DNA of 64,000 bases from Candidatus Bathyarchaeota archaeon (GCA_963827165.1 CAWGZR010000010.1:32001-96000); one strand, 5' to 3'; numbered from the stretch's first letter, positions 1 to 11,842 are shown. Program-made: numbers and translations. Notes: generated by a model from the letters alone, not told the origin.

Positions 1-360
1 GCCTTCTGAATACCTAAAACCTTGCATAGCGCCAAAGTATGTTTAGCGCCTAAACCAAACTCTTCACTCAAGTTTTTGCCGCTTTCACTAATAACTTGTC
101 TTGTTCCATTCGAGGCGACACATATCTGACAGCTTTCCCTCGGAGTTGGTAGTCCAGCCAATTGTTCTGGACATGCCGGAAAAGCCTTTCCAGCATTGAC
201 AAGTTCTCTAATCTTTTCGTGAAAACAATTGCTAGCGTTATATCTGCAATTAAAGCCAGCAAGGCAGGCGCTGACCAGATACATCCTTATTGCCTCCACT
301 CGTTCAATTCGTCAATTGGCTGTGAGTGACTCCAAGTCCAAAGTTCGCACTACATATGGC

Positions 361-1112
361 CTAACGATCATTCTTGAACTGCGTTGTAAGCACTCTATTT
401 GACACAGGCCGCGATGCTAAATTGGCACTCATCGCAATATAAGTATCAATATGCTCTCGTTTTCTATTAACATAATCTGCAACGTGTTCTTCTTTGACTT
501 GCAATGGACGTTCTTCAAACAGACAAGAGCTGTCCAGGCTCCTTATGGGAACTCCAAGAGTTGACGCTGAACTTACTTCTCCTTGTCGTTCAAAGAGTAC
601 AGTGGGCTGTAGTGCTCAATCCCGTAATCAGTGCACACTGAGTCCACAAAATCAATGTATGCCTTGGTTTGCTCTGGGTAAAACTCCTGCGCTTTTACAA
701 ATCCATCCAGCAAAACATTAATCCCGTTCTCCTTCGAATATGCAATGGCAGCAGCAAGCATGCTCAACTTGCAACCAATGCAAGTATAGTCTGCTCCGTA
801 TTTCACGACATCTTCGGTTGTCCTTCTTATAGCGATTTCCTGAAAGAGCGTGTATGCGGACAATGTCGCGTGCGCCTTAATTTTTCCAGGGGCTTCCAAT
901 CCATTCAAATAATCTGTAGCCGTCTTCGTAATATCTGTATGAACATTTGCCCCATTATCAACAGTGATCAACGTGAGATCATGCCCTTTTTTCAAAAGTA
1001 GCGCTGCCAAAGTTTGAGAATCCAAACCACCAGAATAGAATAAACCTAAATTTTTTCCGTCAAGCTTTGGGAAATCACGCAGGCATGCGTTTATTTCTTC
1101 CATTTTGTGCAT
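361..1112 (-). CDS. PP-loop ATPase (QueC-like adenine nucleotide alpha-hydrolase), frameshifted near 575
   Basis: SGGLDS PP-loop and CIGCK motif; after the stop at 573 another frame continues (LGVPIRSLDSSCLFEERP...) to TAG at 361-363. Confidence 0.6.
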
Positions 1113-1351
1113 ATCAGAAATCCTTATTGGCCAACAATAATAGTTATTAAAGCTTCAACTTAATAAACTCTCTAGTTATAAACTTTGTCAAGTTTTTCTT
1201 ATGGTAAATGGCTACTTCAACAACGTTCTATGTAAATTAACCGACTTGATGATCTAAATTGGTATCTTGTCTATTAATTTAGACAGGATGGTTGTATATT
1301 TGCAGGCATGTTTATAATTGTTCGACACATTAATTTATAATTGGAATACAC

Positions 1352-1877
1352 ATGAAATATGTTCAGAACGTTTGTGTTTTCTGTGGCGCCAGCAAAGGCT
1401 ACGATGAAATATACATGGACATTGCCAAGGAATTCGGAGAACTGCTTGCGCATAATGGAATGGGACTTGTTTATGGTGGTGGTGGCAACGGACTTATGGG
1501 GGCGGTTGCCAAAGCCGCCTTGAATGCGGGTGGAAAACCTTTCGGGATAACCACAGACTTCTTGACGAGCTGGAGCCCGTTCTGCCCGGCCTTACCAATC
1601 GATAATCAAAACGAACATGCATGATCGGAAACGTGAGATGGCAAGGCGTTCTTGTGCTTACGTTGCATTGCCGGGGGGGGTTGGAACTCTCAAAAAGTCA
1701 TTGAGCAATTATCATGCAAAATTAGGAAGGCATGATGATCCAATAATCTTGATTAATTCAGGCGGATATTATGATCCCTTGTTGCAGGTGTTCAACCGGA
1801 TGATCAAGGAAGGATTTGCACGTGAAAGAGTGAATAGTTTGTATGACGTTTGCCGGAACACCCGTCGAAGCCATTGA
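1352..1877 (+). CDS. LOG family nucleotide phosphoribohydrolase (TIGR00730-like), frameshifted
   Basis: VCVFCGAS, LVYGGG..GLMG, MHDRK, LPGGVGTL motifs across ORFs 1352-1624 and 1617-1877. Confidence 0.85.
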
Positions 1878-2053
1878 ATTGCTCAATACAGCACCGTTTC
1901 CTGAAAAAAAATTCAGGCTAACGAAGAGAAAGAACTTAATCGCGAAATGTAGGGTCGTTTTATCGCAACCGAAAACTACGGCAACGCCCTCATCGGGCTC
2001 CTTATAAGAGTTGAGGCGATTTTTGGGAACCCACCATCGGCAAGATCGGCAGG

Positions 2054-2596
2054 TCATGCCAACCTCGAAATCGTCCAGCCGGACACGTTGTAGGATCGGC
2101 CAATCTCGGCAAGCGTCTCGTCGCCATGATCGCGCCGTCGGATCGCTTCGCGCTTCTGGTGGTCGGTGAGCTTCGGCTTCCTCCCCATTTTCACGCCCTT
2201 CGCCTTGGCGCGTTCGCGGCCTTCGCCGGTCCGGGCGCGGATCAATTCGCGCTCGAACTCGGCAAGCCCGCCCAGACGGTCAACATCAAGCGCCCGTGCG
2301 CCGTCGTGGTGTCGGCCCATGTGTCGTTGATGGAACGAAGACCGCGCCTTTGGCGGCGATGGTGGCCAGCGTGTTCAAGAGGTCGCGGGTCGATCGCGCC
2401 AGCCGGTCGAGGCGCGTCACAGTCAAGACGTCGCCTTTTTCGAGCTTGTCGATCGCGAGGCGCAATTGGGCACGGTCGGCGCGCGCGCCGCTCGCCGACT
2501 CCTTGAAGACCTTTTCGGCTCCGGCGGCGCGCAGTTGCTTCGCTTGCGTGTCGAGGCTTTGGCCGTCTGTCGATACCCTTGCATAGCGTATTTCAT
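2054..2596 (-). CDS. Serine recombinase (resolvase/invertase) with C-terminal HTH, frameshifted
   Basis: YARVST, VTRLDRLARS, LAEFERELIRART..G, GRKPKL and HTH; GC-rich relative to flanks; likely ATG at 2596. Confidence 0.9.
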
Positions 2597-2851
2597 GCCT
2601 GACTTTTATGCACGTCATTTCTGCACAAAAAAAGCCCTTTTCGATCAATGCTCTAATTTTTGTGCATAATTCTTGATTTATGCACAGTTCAAAAACAATC
2701 GCTCCGCCACGCCACCCAGTTTCTCGTTCATGCAAATGAATACCAACTAAAATGCCGTACTATTTGAGTGCTGTTTCCCCTTGGTCTTCATACTTTATTT
2801 ACTAACATGCAAGTAGATTTTCTACCGTTACTTATAGCAATGGAGAATAAA

Positions 2852-3304
2852 ATGCGTTTTATTTCGCTACGGAAAGCTGAAATCGCATTGTTGCTGGCAC
2901 TGTTGTTATCAGGAACGGCTCATGCTGCCGATACTCCGATGACGCTTGCTGGGGCTAAAAACACCGCTGCCGATGAAATTGTAAAGCTGCAAGCTGCGGG
3001 AGCGCCGGTATTCGACGTGCGGGTTGCATCGGAATATGCCGACGCGCACATCAAAGGAGCCATTAACGTTCCTTACCGTGAAAAAAGCGAAAAAGCAGTT
3101 AGTTTTGACGCGGGTCAAGACGAGTTTAATATAGCCAAGCTTCCCGCCGATAAAAGCGTTGCGCTGGTCATCTATTGCAACGGCCCAGAATGCTGGAAGA
3201 GCTACAAGGCATCGGTGGGTGCCATCAAGGCCGGATACACGAATATTCATTGGTATCGCGAAGGGTTTCCGGATTGGAAAGCCAAGGGCCTTCCGACTGA
3301 ATAG
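2852..3304 (+). CDS. Exported rhodanese-like domain protein
   Basis: Signal peptide (AHA), DVR..EY...HIKGAINVP, YCNGPECWKS, YREGFPDW. Confidence 0.85.
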   Translation: MRFISLRKAEIALLLALLLSGTAHAADTPMTLAGAKNTAADEIVKLQAAGAPVFDVRVASEYADAHIKGAINVPYREKSEKAVSFDAGQDEFNIAKLPADKSVALVIYCNGPECWKSYKASVGAIKAGYTNIHWYREGFPDWKAKGLPTE

Positions 3305-3411
3305 CCATGCATAGCGTGTGAAGTGCTTTCCTCGTTACGGAAGAGGAGGCGTCTTGTCTGTCTCTCAAGCAGCACTGAGAGGAGTGTGTGTCAAACGATA
3401 TTGGGGGCTTC

Positions 3412-4363
3412 ATGCAAAATCTGAGTATTCAGAAAAAAATGCTGTTCGTTTTTGCGGCGCTTGGCATCATCCTTGTGACCATAGCAATGGCAGGGCTGTA
3501 TGGGTTCAAACGCTCCAACAACTCCCTCGCAGAACTTATCAGAACCACCTAACACCGCTTAGCAAGCTCGCACGCGCCAACGACTTGATGCACGATAGCA
3601 TCGAGCAACTGACAATCGCCTTAATAGCACGACCGAACGGGGAAGTCCAGATACCGATCGTGTCGAGACGAATTTGGCTGAAATCGATAAAATTACTCAA
3701 GATTATACGGAACACCTTTCAGACGACAAAATAAAGCAGGTTCAAGCATGGGTTGCGGAGCGCGATAAACTCGTTAAGAGCGGCTTCAGGCCCGCTATCG
3801 ACTATCTAAAAAATCAGACATTTAACGATGCCGAAGATACGATCCTGGGCGTTGCCGTTAAAAAGTTTGCAGCCGTTCAAAAGGATTTAGACGCCATTAT
3901 AGCTGATGAACTTAGTAGCGCGGAAAGAACAGATAAGGAAGCCGAACATCGCTACGATCTCACGAGCTCGATAGAATGGATTAGCGTTGCTTTCGGAGTC
4001 GGCCTCTGTGGCGTCATGGCCTTTTATGTCAGAAGATCAATTATGAAGCCATTATCGGCGATGACTTCGGCGATGAATGCTCTGGCTGGAGGTGATCTCG
4101 CCATCACCATCCCCTCAAGCGGACGCAATGATGAAATCGGAGGTATAGCGAAAGCGTTGGAGGTGTTTAAGGAGACGGCGATCAAAGCCAATGAACTTGC
4201 CAAAGCCACGGCCCTCGAAAATGAGGGAAAAGAATTGCGGCGAAGGAAAATAGAACAGTATATCGCAAAGTTTCAGGACGATATAACGCAAGCCATGTCG
4301 AGTTTGGCGACGACATCCGCAGAAATGCGCTCCACGGCAGAGAAACTGTCGGCCACTATGTGA
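3412..4363 (+). pseudogene. Methyl-accepting chemotaxis protein (TM-4HB-TM-HAMP), frameshifted and cut off at the junction
   Basis: MQNLSIQKKMLFVFAALGIIL TM1; TM2; HAMP (PLSAMT..M..LAGGDL...GRNDEIG.IAKALEVFK); signalling domain truncated at ~4355. Confidence 0.8.
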
Positions 4364-5208
4364 AACAACACGGTGGTGACGTGAGAACACTCAGGCTTCA
4401 TGGGCAAGAGAAGAATTTAACAACCTCTTCAATTGCAAGAATTAACATGTTTTTACACGGTATTGAAGACTTCAAAATAATGAAAGAAGATACTCTCAGA
4501 AATCCTGTGTTTAGGGAAAACGATCAGCTAGCTCGATTTGATGTTGTTATCGCTAATCCGCCCTTCTCCTTGAAAAGATGGGGAGTTGAAAATTGGTCTA
4601 ATGACCCTTATGGAAGGAACTTTGCGGGGGTTCCACCGAAAACCAATGGCGATTATGCATGGGTTGAACATATGATAATTTCTATGGCGATGCAGACAGG
4701 GCGAATGGGCATTATTCTTCCCCATGGGGCTTTGTTTAGGGGTGGGGTGGAAGGTAAGATTAGGAAGCAATTGATTGATGCTGACTTACTTGATTGCGTC
4801 ATAGGTCTTGGCCCTAATTTGTTCTATGGAACTGGAATAAGTGCGTGTATTATGGTTTTTAGAACTAAAAAACAAGCTGCGAGAAAGAACAAGGTTCTCT
4901 TTATCGACGCTTCAAAGCTGTATCAAAAAGGAAGAGCTCAAAACTATTTGCTGCTTGAGCATGCCGATAATATTCTCGCTGAATATGAAGCGTTTTCTGA
5001 TAAAGAAGGGAAATCAAAGATCGTCACTATTAACGAAATTAAGGATAATGCGTACAACCTTAACATTTCACGTTATGTCAAAAAGAAAAGAGATTCTAAA
5101 AATATCGATTTGAAAGCTACCATGGCTGAGCTTGAAGTTGCATATGCTGAGTTCTTAAAATCTGAAGAACAAATGTGCTTACTACTTAAGGAGGTTAATT
5201 TGCTTTGA
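4360..5208 (+). CDS. hsdM: Type I RM methyltransferase M1 (NPPF motif), N-terminus missing
   Basis: GQE, ARINMFLHG, ANPPF, LPHGALFRG, YNLNISRY; no motif I, so 5'-truncated at the junction. Confidence 0.9.
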   Translation: MKQHGGDVRTLRLHGQEKNLTTSSIARINMFLHGIEDFKIMKEDTLRNPVFRENDQLARFDVVIANPPFSLKRWGVENWSNDPYGRNFAGVPPKTNGDYAWVEHMIISMAMQTGRMGIILPHGALFRGGVEGKIRKQLIDADLLDCVIGLGPNLFYGTGISACIMVFRTKKQAARKNKVLFIDASKLYQKGRAQNYLLLEHADNILAEYEAFSDKEGKSKIVTINEIKDNAYNLNISRYVKKKRDSKNIDLKATMAELEVAYAEFLKSEEQMCLLLKEVNLL

Positions 5209-6686
5209 CAATGACGCAGCAGGAACTGGAAAGTTACCTTTGGGAAGCCGCTAACCTGCTAAGAGGCGTAATAGACCCGGGAGACTACAAAAGCATAATC
5301 TTTCCGCTTATGTTTTTCAAGCGATTATCTGACGTTTACGATGAGGAATACGACGAAGCTATAAAGATTTATGGCGATGAAGAATCAGCAAAATTCCAAG
5401 AGAACCACCTGTTCCAAATCCCAGATGGTTCACATTGGAAAGACGTAAGAAAAACGCCGACCAATGTCGGACAAGCCCTAAGAATTGCAATGATTAATAT
5501 AGAAAAAGCAAACCCAGAAAAACTTTCAGGAATATTTGGCGACACCAACTGGTCAAACAAAGACCGTTTATCTGATAGAACACTAATAGATTTAATCGAG
5601 CACTTCTCCTCAATCAACTTATCAATAACCAATGTGCCTCAAGACGAATTCGGAAACGCCTACGAATACTTAATAAAAAAATTTGCCGAGGATAGCGGGC
5701 ATAGTGCAGCGGAATTTTATACTAACAGAACCGTTGTCAGATTAATGACACTGATCGTAGACCCTCAACCCGGTGAGTCAATCTATGATCCAACTTGTGG
5801 TTCGGGCGGTATGCTCCTCAACGCAAGATTGCTTGTTCAAGAGCGGGGAAAAGAGTATCGTGCACTAAAGCTGTACGGTCAAGAAATCAATATTATCACA
5901 TCAGCCATTGCACGAATGAACATGTTCATTCATGGCGTTCAGGATTTTGACATCGTGCAAGGAGATACCCTAAAAAGACCAGAGTTCATCGAAAATGGGC
6001 ACGTAAAACAATTTGACATTTGCATAGCTAATCCGCCTTACTCTATGAAGAAGTGGGACCGGGAAGCTTGGAAAAATGACCCATGGGGAAGAAACATCTA
6101 TGGAACCCCTCCCCAAGGGGCTGCTGATTATGCTTTCTTCCAACATATTATTTGTTCTCTTAAAGAAAGAACTGGGCGATGTGCCATACTTTGGCCGCAT
6201 GGAATCCTTTTTAGAGATTCAGAAAAAGCAATAAGAATAGGATTAATTGAAGATGACTTAATAGAGGCAATAATCGGGTTAGGTCCACAGCTTTTCTATA
6301 ATTCCCCAATGGATTCCTGTATTGTAGTTTGCCGAAAGAACAAACCTGCTGAGAAGAAAAATAAGATTATATTCATAAGAGCATACGATCAAATTTACAA
6401 AGAAGGGAACCAAAACTTCCTTGCTCCAGAAAATATTAAGAACATTTTTGATTGGTATTCTGAATTTAAAGAGATTCCGGGCAGAACAAAAATTAGTTCA
6501 ATAGAAGAAATAAGAGAGAAAAATTATATTCTCAACGTATCCCGATATGCAAAACCTGAAGACGAGGAAACTGATTCCTCGAGTCCGATTATTAGTGCGG
6601 TTATAGAGGATTGGGTAGCATCATCCGGACAAGTGAAGGCTTCTTTTAATGAACTTATTGCAACCTTAAAGGAGCTTGTAAAATGA
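5205..6686 (+). CDS. hsdM: Type I RM methyltransferase M2 (NPPY motif)
   Basis: LWEAANLLRG N-domain, EFYT, YDPTCGSGGML motif I, ANPPY motif IV. Confidence 0.95.
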   Translation: MTMTQQELESYLWEAANLLRGVIDPGDYKSIIFPLMFFKRLSDVYDEEYDEAIKIYGDEESAKFQENHLFQIPDGSHWKDVRKTPTNVGQALRIAMINIEKANPEKLSGIFGDTNWSNKDRLSDRTLIDLIEHFSSINLSITNVPQDEFGNAYEYLIKKFAEDSGHSAAEFYTNRTVVRLMTLIVDPQPGESIYDPTCGSGGMLLNARLLVQERGKEYRALKLYGQEINIITSAIARMNMFIHGVQDFDIVQGDTLKRPEFIENGHVKQFDICIANPPYSMKKWDREAWKNDPWGRNIYGTPPQGAADYAFFQHIICSLKERTGRCAILWPHGILFRDSEKAIRIGLIEDDLIEAIIGLGPQLFYNSPMDSCIVVCRKNKPAEKKNKIIFIRAYDQIYKEGNQNFLAPENIKNIFDWYSEFKEIPGRTKISSIEEIREKNYILNVSRYAKPEDEETDSSSPIISAVIEDWVASSGQVKASFNELIATLKELVK

Positions 6687-7828
6687 GCAACGTTTCAAGT
6701 TGGACAACCGTAAGTTTCGGGGAAATTGCTGAACAAATAATCGAGCGAATTGATAACCCCAAAGACAGCGAATTGGTGGATTACATAGGGCTTGAACATA
6801 TAGACTCGGATAATCTGAGAATAGCTAATTATGGAAAAACCAGTGAGGTCGTGTCCTCAAAATTTGTCTGTAAACAAGGGGACATTGTTTTTGGACGGAG
6901 AAGAGCTTATCTGAGGAAACTGGCGGTGTCAGATAGAGACGCATTGGTTTCAACAGACGCCATGGTCATCAGACCTAAGAATAACGTTTCAAAAGAATTT
7001 CTAATCTTAACGATGCAAACAGACAGGTTTTGGAGCGAGGTAATTTCCCGCTCTGCAGGTTCACTCTCACCGAGGATTAAATGGAGAGATTTAAGCAGTA
7101 TAGAAGTACTTTTGCCATCGTCACAAAAGCAAGAGGAGATTGTTAGGCTAATTTTTTCAATACAAGGTAACCTTGAGAAGACTGAGAATTTTATTCAGAT
7201 TGCTGAGAAGCTCAAGAAAGGCTTGCTTGAAGAATTACTGACAAAAGGAATCGGCCACAAGAAGTTTAAGAAAACTGAACTCGGAGAAATACCTGAAGAG
7301 TGGGAATTAAGAAAAATTAAAGATATCTTGACTCTTCAATATGGTCAAGGATTACCAGAAAAAGAACGTAATGGGGGCCAATATCCTGTCGTTGGTTCAA
7401 ACGGAATTGTAGGTTATCATGACGCATTCACCGTTAAGGGGCCATCAATTGTGGTTGGCAGAAAAGGGGCAAGTGGCGAAGTAATATGGATTGAAAATGA
7501 TTGTTGGCCTATCGATACATCATATTTTGTTCAATTAAAAGACGGAATAAGAGTAGATTATGCTTTTCACTTACTAAATTCGTTGAATCTAATCGAGTTG
7601 AGTCAGAAAGGTGCAGTTCCAGGCTTAAATAGAGAAGATGTATATCAACAGTTAGTTGCAATTCCACCTCTTGATGAACAGAAGATGACTGTATTAATGA
7701 TTGACAAGGAAAACCAATTTGGTTTGGCTCTAAAAGACCATTTGAGCACAATGAAGGCACTAAGAAAAAAACTTACTAATTCATTATTATCTGGAGAATT
7801 GGCTATTCCGATGGAGGCTCTAAATTGA
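6683..7828 (+). CDS. hsdS: Type I RM specificity subunit
   Basis: Two TRDs, spacer KKGLLEELLTKGIGH..FKKTELGEIPEEW, IPPLDEQ. Confidence 0.95.
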   Translation: MSNVSSWTTVSFGEIAEQIIERIDNPKDSELVDYIGLEHIDSDNLRIANYGKTSEVVSSKFVCKQGDIVFGRRRAYLRKLAVSDRDALVSTDAMVIRPKNNVSKEFLILTMQTDRFWSEVISRSAGSLSPRIKWRDLSSIEVLLPSSQKQEEIVRLIFSIQGNLEKTENFIQIAEKLKKGLLEELLTKGIGHKKFKKTELGEIPEEWELRKIKDILTLQYGQGLPEKERNGGQYPVVGSNGIVGYHDAFTVKGPSIVVGRKGASGEVIWIENDCWPIDTSYFVQLKDGIRVDYAFHLLNSLNLIELSQKGAVPGLNREDVYQQLVAIPPLDEQKMTVLMIDKENQFGLALKDHLSTMKALRKKLTNSLLSGELAIPMEALN

Positions 7829-10721
7829 CTTTTACTGAGCAAAACGCTGTTGAGAACTATGTCAGGGATTTGCTTGTTCCTTTGGGGTGGGTTTTTGTTA
7901 ATGCCTATGATTTGAAGAGACAAGAGGCAGATGTGTTATTGGAGGAGTCTGTTAAGGCTGCTCTTGAACGTTTAAACCTCCAGATAAAAGCTGATCCTAC
8001 CAAGGCTGAAGAAATCCTGTATCGACTAAGAGCCATTGTTCTTTCTGCTCGGGGCTCTGGTCTTGTTAAAGCTAATGAGGAGTTTTCTAAGTGGCTTAGA
8101 AACGAGAAGACTATGCCTTTTGGGGAGCATGGTGAGCATGTTTCGGTTAACTTGATTGATTATGGGGATTTATCAAATAACGAGTTTGTGGTTACAACGC
8201 AGTTTAGGTTTGTTACAGGTCAAGGCAGAAGAGCAGACCTTGTTCTGTTGATTAACGGAATTCCTCTTATTGTTGGTGAAGCTAAGACACCCGTTCGACC
8301 GGCAATTTCTTGGTTTGATGGCGCTCTTCAGTTAGAATAATATCAAAATTCGGTTCCTCAACTATTCGTTCCTAATGTCTTTATGTTTGCTACTGAGGGC
8401 AAGAGTTACCGTGCTGGCGCAGTTAAGCTTCCATTGCAGAAGTGGCAGCCATGGAAAACCACCAACGAATCTTCCAGTCTTAATGAAATCGAGAAAGCAG
8501 TAAAAATGATGCTGAGCCCTCAAGCAGTTTTAGATATTCTTAAAAACTTTACTGTTTTCAGCACCGAAAAAGGCGGCCAAAAAATCAAGGTTCTATGCAG
8601 GTATCAGCAGTATGAGGCAACAAAACAAATTGTTCAGAGAGTTCTGGAAGGAAAAATCAAAAAAGGCTTGATCTGGCATTTTCAAGGTTCTGGAAAGTCT
8701 ATTTTGATGGTGTACGCTGCCCAGCAGCTTAGAAAAGAACCTGCTCTTAAGAGCCCAACTGTTCTGGTGGTTGTTGATCGAGTTGATTTGAACTCACAGA
8801 TTGGCGCTACCTTCCATGCAGCTGATGTGCCGAATACAGTTATTGCTGAGACACGAGAAGAACTTCAGAGGTTGTTAGCGCAGGACACGAGAAAGATCAT
8901 AATTACCACCATCCAAAAATTCGGTGAGGCAGAAGATATTCTCAACGAAAGAGACAATATCATTGTTTTGGTGGATGAGGCTCATAGAAGTCAAGAGGGG
9001 GACTTGGGAATTAAAATGCGTGCGGCCCTTCCAAATGCGTTCCTTTTTGGATTTACCGGAACACCGATCAATCTTCGAGACCGAAATACTTTCTTAGCGT
9101 TTGGCGCCAAAGAAGACGCGTCTGGTTACCTCAATAGGTATACTTTCAAGCAATCAATCGAAGATGAAGCAACAATCCCTATAGACTTTGAACCAAGACT
9201 AGTTGAACTTCACATCAACCAAGAAGAGTTAGAAAAAGAGTACCGACCATGCTAGAAAATGAGGGAATAGGATACGAAGATAGAGATGGCATAATTCTGA
9301 CAAAAGAAGCCGCCAAATTTGAACACTTGGTTAAGTCGCAAGAACGCATCCAAAGAATATGTCAAGACATCTCCAATCACTTTAAGCAATACGTTGAGCC
9401 AACCGGATTCAAAGGGCAAGTGGTCGTTTACGACCGAGAATCATGTGACCTATACAAACAAGAACTCGACAAATACTTCGCTCCAGAAGAAACCGCCGTC
9501 GATATGACAGTATCGTCGACAGAAAAAGAATGGCTAAAAAAATATGGCATGAGTGACGATGAAGAGACAAAACTGCTGGATAGATTCAAAGACAGAAAAG
9601 ACCCACTAAAACTATTAATCGTAACCGCCAAACTTCTAACCGGATTCGATGCTCCGATCAACAAGGTTATGTATCTAGATAAACCGATGAAAGACCACAA
9701 CCTTCTGCAGGCAATATGCCGAGTCAATAGACCCTATCCGGGCAAGAACAGAGGTCTCATTGTTGATTACATAGGCGTCTTCGATAACGTCGCCCAAGCC
9801 TTAGACTTCGACCTAAAAGAAATGCAGCAAATAGTATCAAATATTGACAACATCAAAGAAGAGCTACCTAACGCAATGGCCGCATGCCTTGATCACTTTA
9901 AGACAGTTGATAGAACAGTTGAAGGTTATGAAGGACTCCTAGCAGCTCAAGATTGCCTCCCAAATAACGAAATAAGGGACAAATTCGCAGCAGACTACAA
10001 CTATCTAAGTAAACATTGGGAAACCATATCACCAGACCCCATGCTAAAACCTTATGAAAAAGACTACAAATGGCTAACACAAGTCTACGAGTCAATTAGG
10101 CCTCCTAGCGGCAGAGGAAAACTGCTATGGCATGCGCTTGGAGAAAAAACACTAAAACTAATCCATGATAACGTTACTGTTCAGGCAATCCGAGATGATC
10201 TTGATACACTGGTGATGGATGAACACATCTTAGAGCAGATTAGCGGCGGAGACCCAAAGAAAAAAGCCAAAGAAGTCGAGACGAAAATTGTGTGGAGACT
10301 ATACAAGCACCCTAACGACCCACGATTTATGGAATTAGGCAAAAAGCTTGAAGAACTCAAAGAGAAACACTACAGAAACGCCATCACAAGCTTAGAATTC
10401 TTAAAAGAACTATTGAAGCTAGCCCAAGAAACCGTTGCATTAGAAAGAGAGACAAAAGCTGAGCCGGTGGATAACTCAAAAGAAGCACTTACTAAATTAT
10501 TTGAAGAAGCAAAAGTCGAAAAGACGCCAGTTATCATACGGCAAATAGTCGAGGACATAGATGATGTAGTTAAAGTAACAAGATTTGAAGGCTGGCAATG
10601 GACAGTAAGCGGCGAAAGGGAAATCCAAAGAGCACTCAGAAAAACACTTCTAAAGTATCAGTTGCATAAAGAGCAGGAACTATTTGACAAAGCTTACAAA
10701 TACATAAGAGAACACTATTGA
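7825..10721 (+). pseudogene. hsdR: Type I RM restriction subunit with in-frame TAA (8338-8340) and frameshift (~9250)
   Basis: RADLVLLINGIPLIVGEAK nuclease, GLIWHFQGSGKS, DEAHRS, GFTGTP, LLTGFDAP, QAICRVNR; disruptions may be sequencing errors. Confidence 0.9.
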
Positions 10722-10731
10722 GAGGACTTCT

Positions 10732-11130
10732 TTGAGAATATATTTAACGCACTGTTGCGCGAAAAAAGACAATGTGTTCCGAATTAGCGGTGAAAAGATA
10801 GCTCCTGATAAGCTCTATATTGCTTTACCGATCAAACGCTTCATGGAAGAGTGTAAATGGAAAAAGGTTAATTGGGCAATTTTTTCAGACAAATACGGCG
10901 TATGGTTTCCAGAAGAAAAACACGAATGGTATGAGAAGGATCCAGACACTGTTTCGGAACAAGAATTTATGCAGCTAATCAAGAACTTCAACGAAAGGCT
11001 AGCCAAGCTCGACGAAATCTGGTTTTACTACAATCCAGGCCGATTTCACCCCTTATACGCCAAGCTATTGAAAGAAGTGAAAGTAAACGCTAAAATCACT
11101 CTATTCACCCATAAAAACCAAATAACTTAG
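10732..11130 (+). CDS. DUF6884/YaaA-like protein
   Basis: HCCAKK...PDKLY...F...WAIFSDKYG..P....WYE pattern. Confidence 0.6.
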   Translation: MRIYLTHCCAKKDNVFRISGEKIAPDKLYIALPIKRFMEECKWKKVNWAIFSDKYGVWFPEEKHEWYEKDPDTVSEQEFMQLIKNFNERLAKLDEIWFYYNPGRFHPLYAKLLKEVKVNAKITLFTHKNQIT

Positions 11131-11140
11131 GTCCGTAGTT

Positions 11141-11842
11141 ATGTCTGAATTATGCCGTTGGCTACACGAACAACTTGAACAGTTACCCACATTTCAGTAC
11201 CCCTTTAATGTTGACGTATTACCAGAAAATGGAATTTACTTCTTCTATGAAAAAGGCGAAAGTTGGGGGCATGACGGAACCAAGCCAAGAGTAGTTCGCG
11301 TTGGCACTAGCAAAGATGGCAATCTCAGAAAACGCCTTGCTGAACATTTTCTTCTTGATGAACGCAAAATGAGTTTTGATGCGTCCAAACCAGCGCCACG
11401 AGAAAGAAGCATTTTCAGGAAAAATATAGGCAGAGCCATACTGAACCAACGAAAAGATGCGTACCTCAAAATATGGGAATTAGACTTCACATCTCACAGA
11501 TCTAGAGAAGAGAACTCTCATTTGAGAAATATCGCGAAAGAAAAAGAGATCGAACCAGAAATTACTTCTCTATTGAGATCGACCTTCTCATTTAAAGTCA
11601 TAGAACTAATTGGACAAGCTCAACGCATGGGCAAAACAGGCCTCGAAAGCGCTTTGATCGGCACTTTTGCACATTGCTCTGTATGCGAGGCTACAAAAAA
11701 CTGGCTGGGAAGGTATTCATCAAAAACAGAAATCAGAAATGGCAAACTTTGGCTCGTACAGCACCTCCAAGCTAATGCAATCAACGACAAAGACAAAGCG
11801 ACAATACTTAAAGCAATAAAGCTCAGCAAGCCGTCGACATGA
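11141..11842 (+). CDS. GIY-YIG-like endonuclease
   Basis: PENGIYFFYE...VVRVGT...NLRKRLAEH; later conserved E (LESALI). Confidence 0.7.
   Translation: MSELCRWLHEQLEQLPTFQYPFNVDVLPENGIYFFYEKGESWGHDGTKPRVVRVGTSKDGNLRKRLAEHFLLDERKMSFDASKPAPRERSIFRKNIGRAILNQRKDAYLKIWELDFTSHRSREENSHLRNIAKEKEIEPEITSLLRSTFSFKVIELIGQAQRMGKTGLESALIGTFAHCSVCEATKNWLGRYSSKTEIRNGKLWLVQHLQANAINDKDKATILKAIKLSKPST

Noticed and set aside
361-1112. Functional link between this QueC-like gene and the archaeal queC
   Set aside because: It lies on the other side of the apparent chimeric junction and lacks the QueC C-terminal zinc motif
8338-8340. Stop-codon recoding in hsdR
   Set aside because: Codon is TAA, not TAG or TGA, and the gene also has a frameshift; error or decay is more likely
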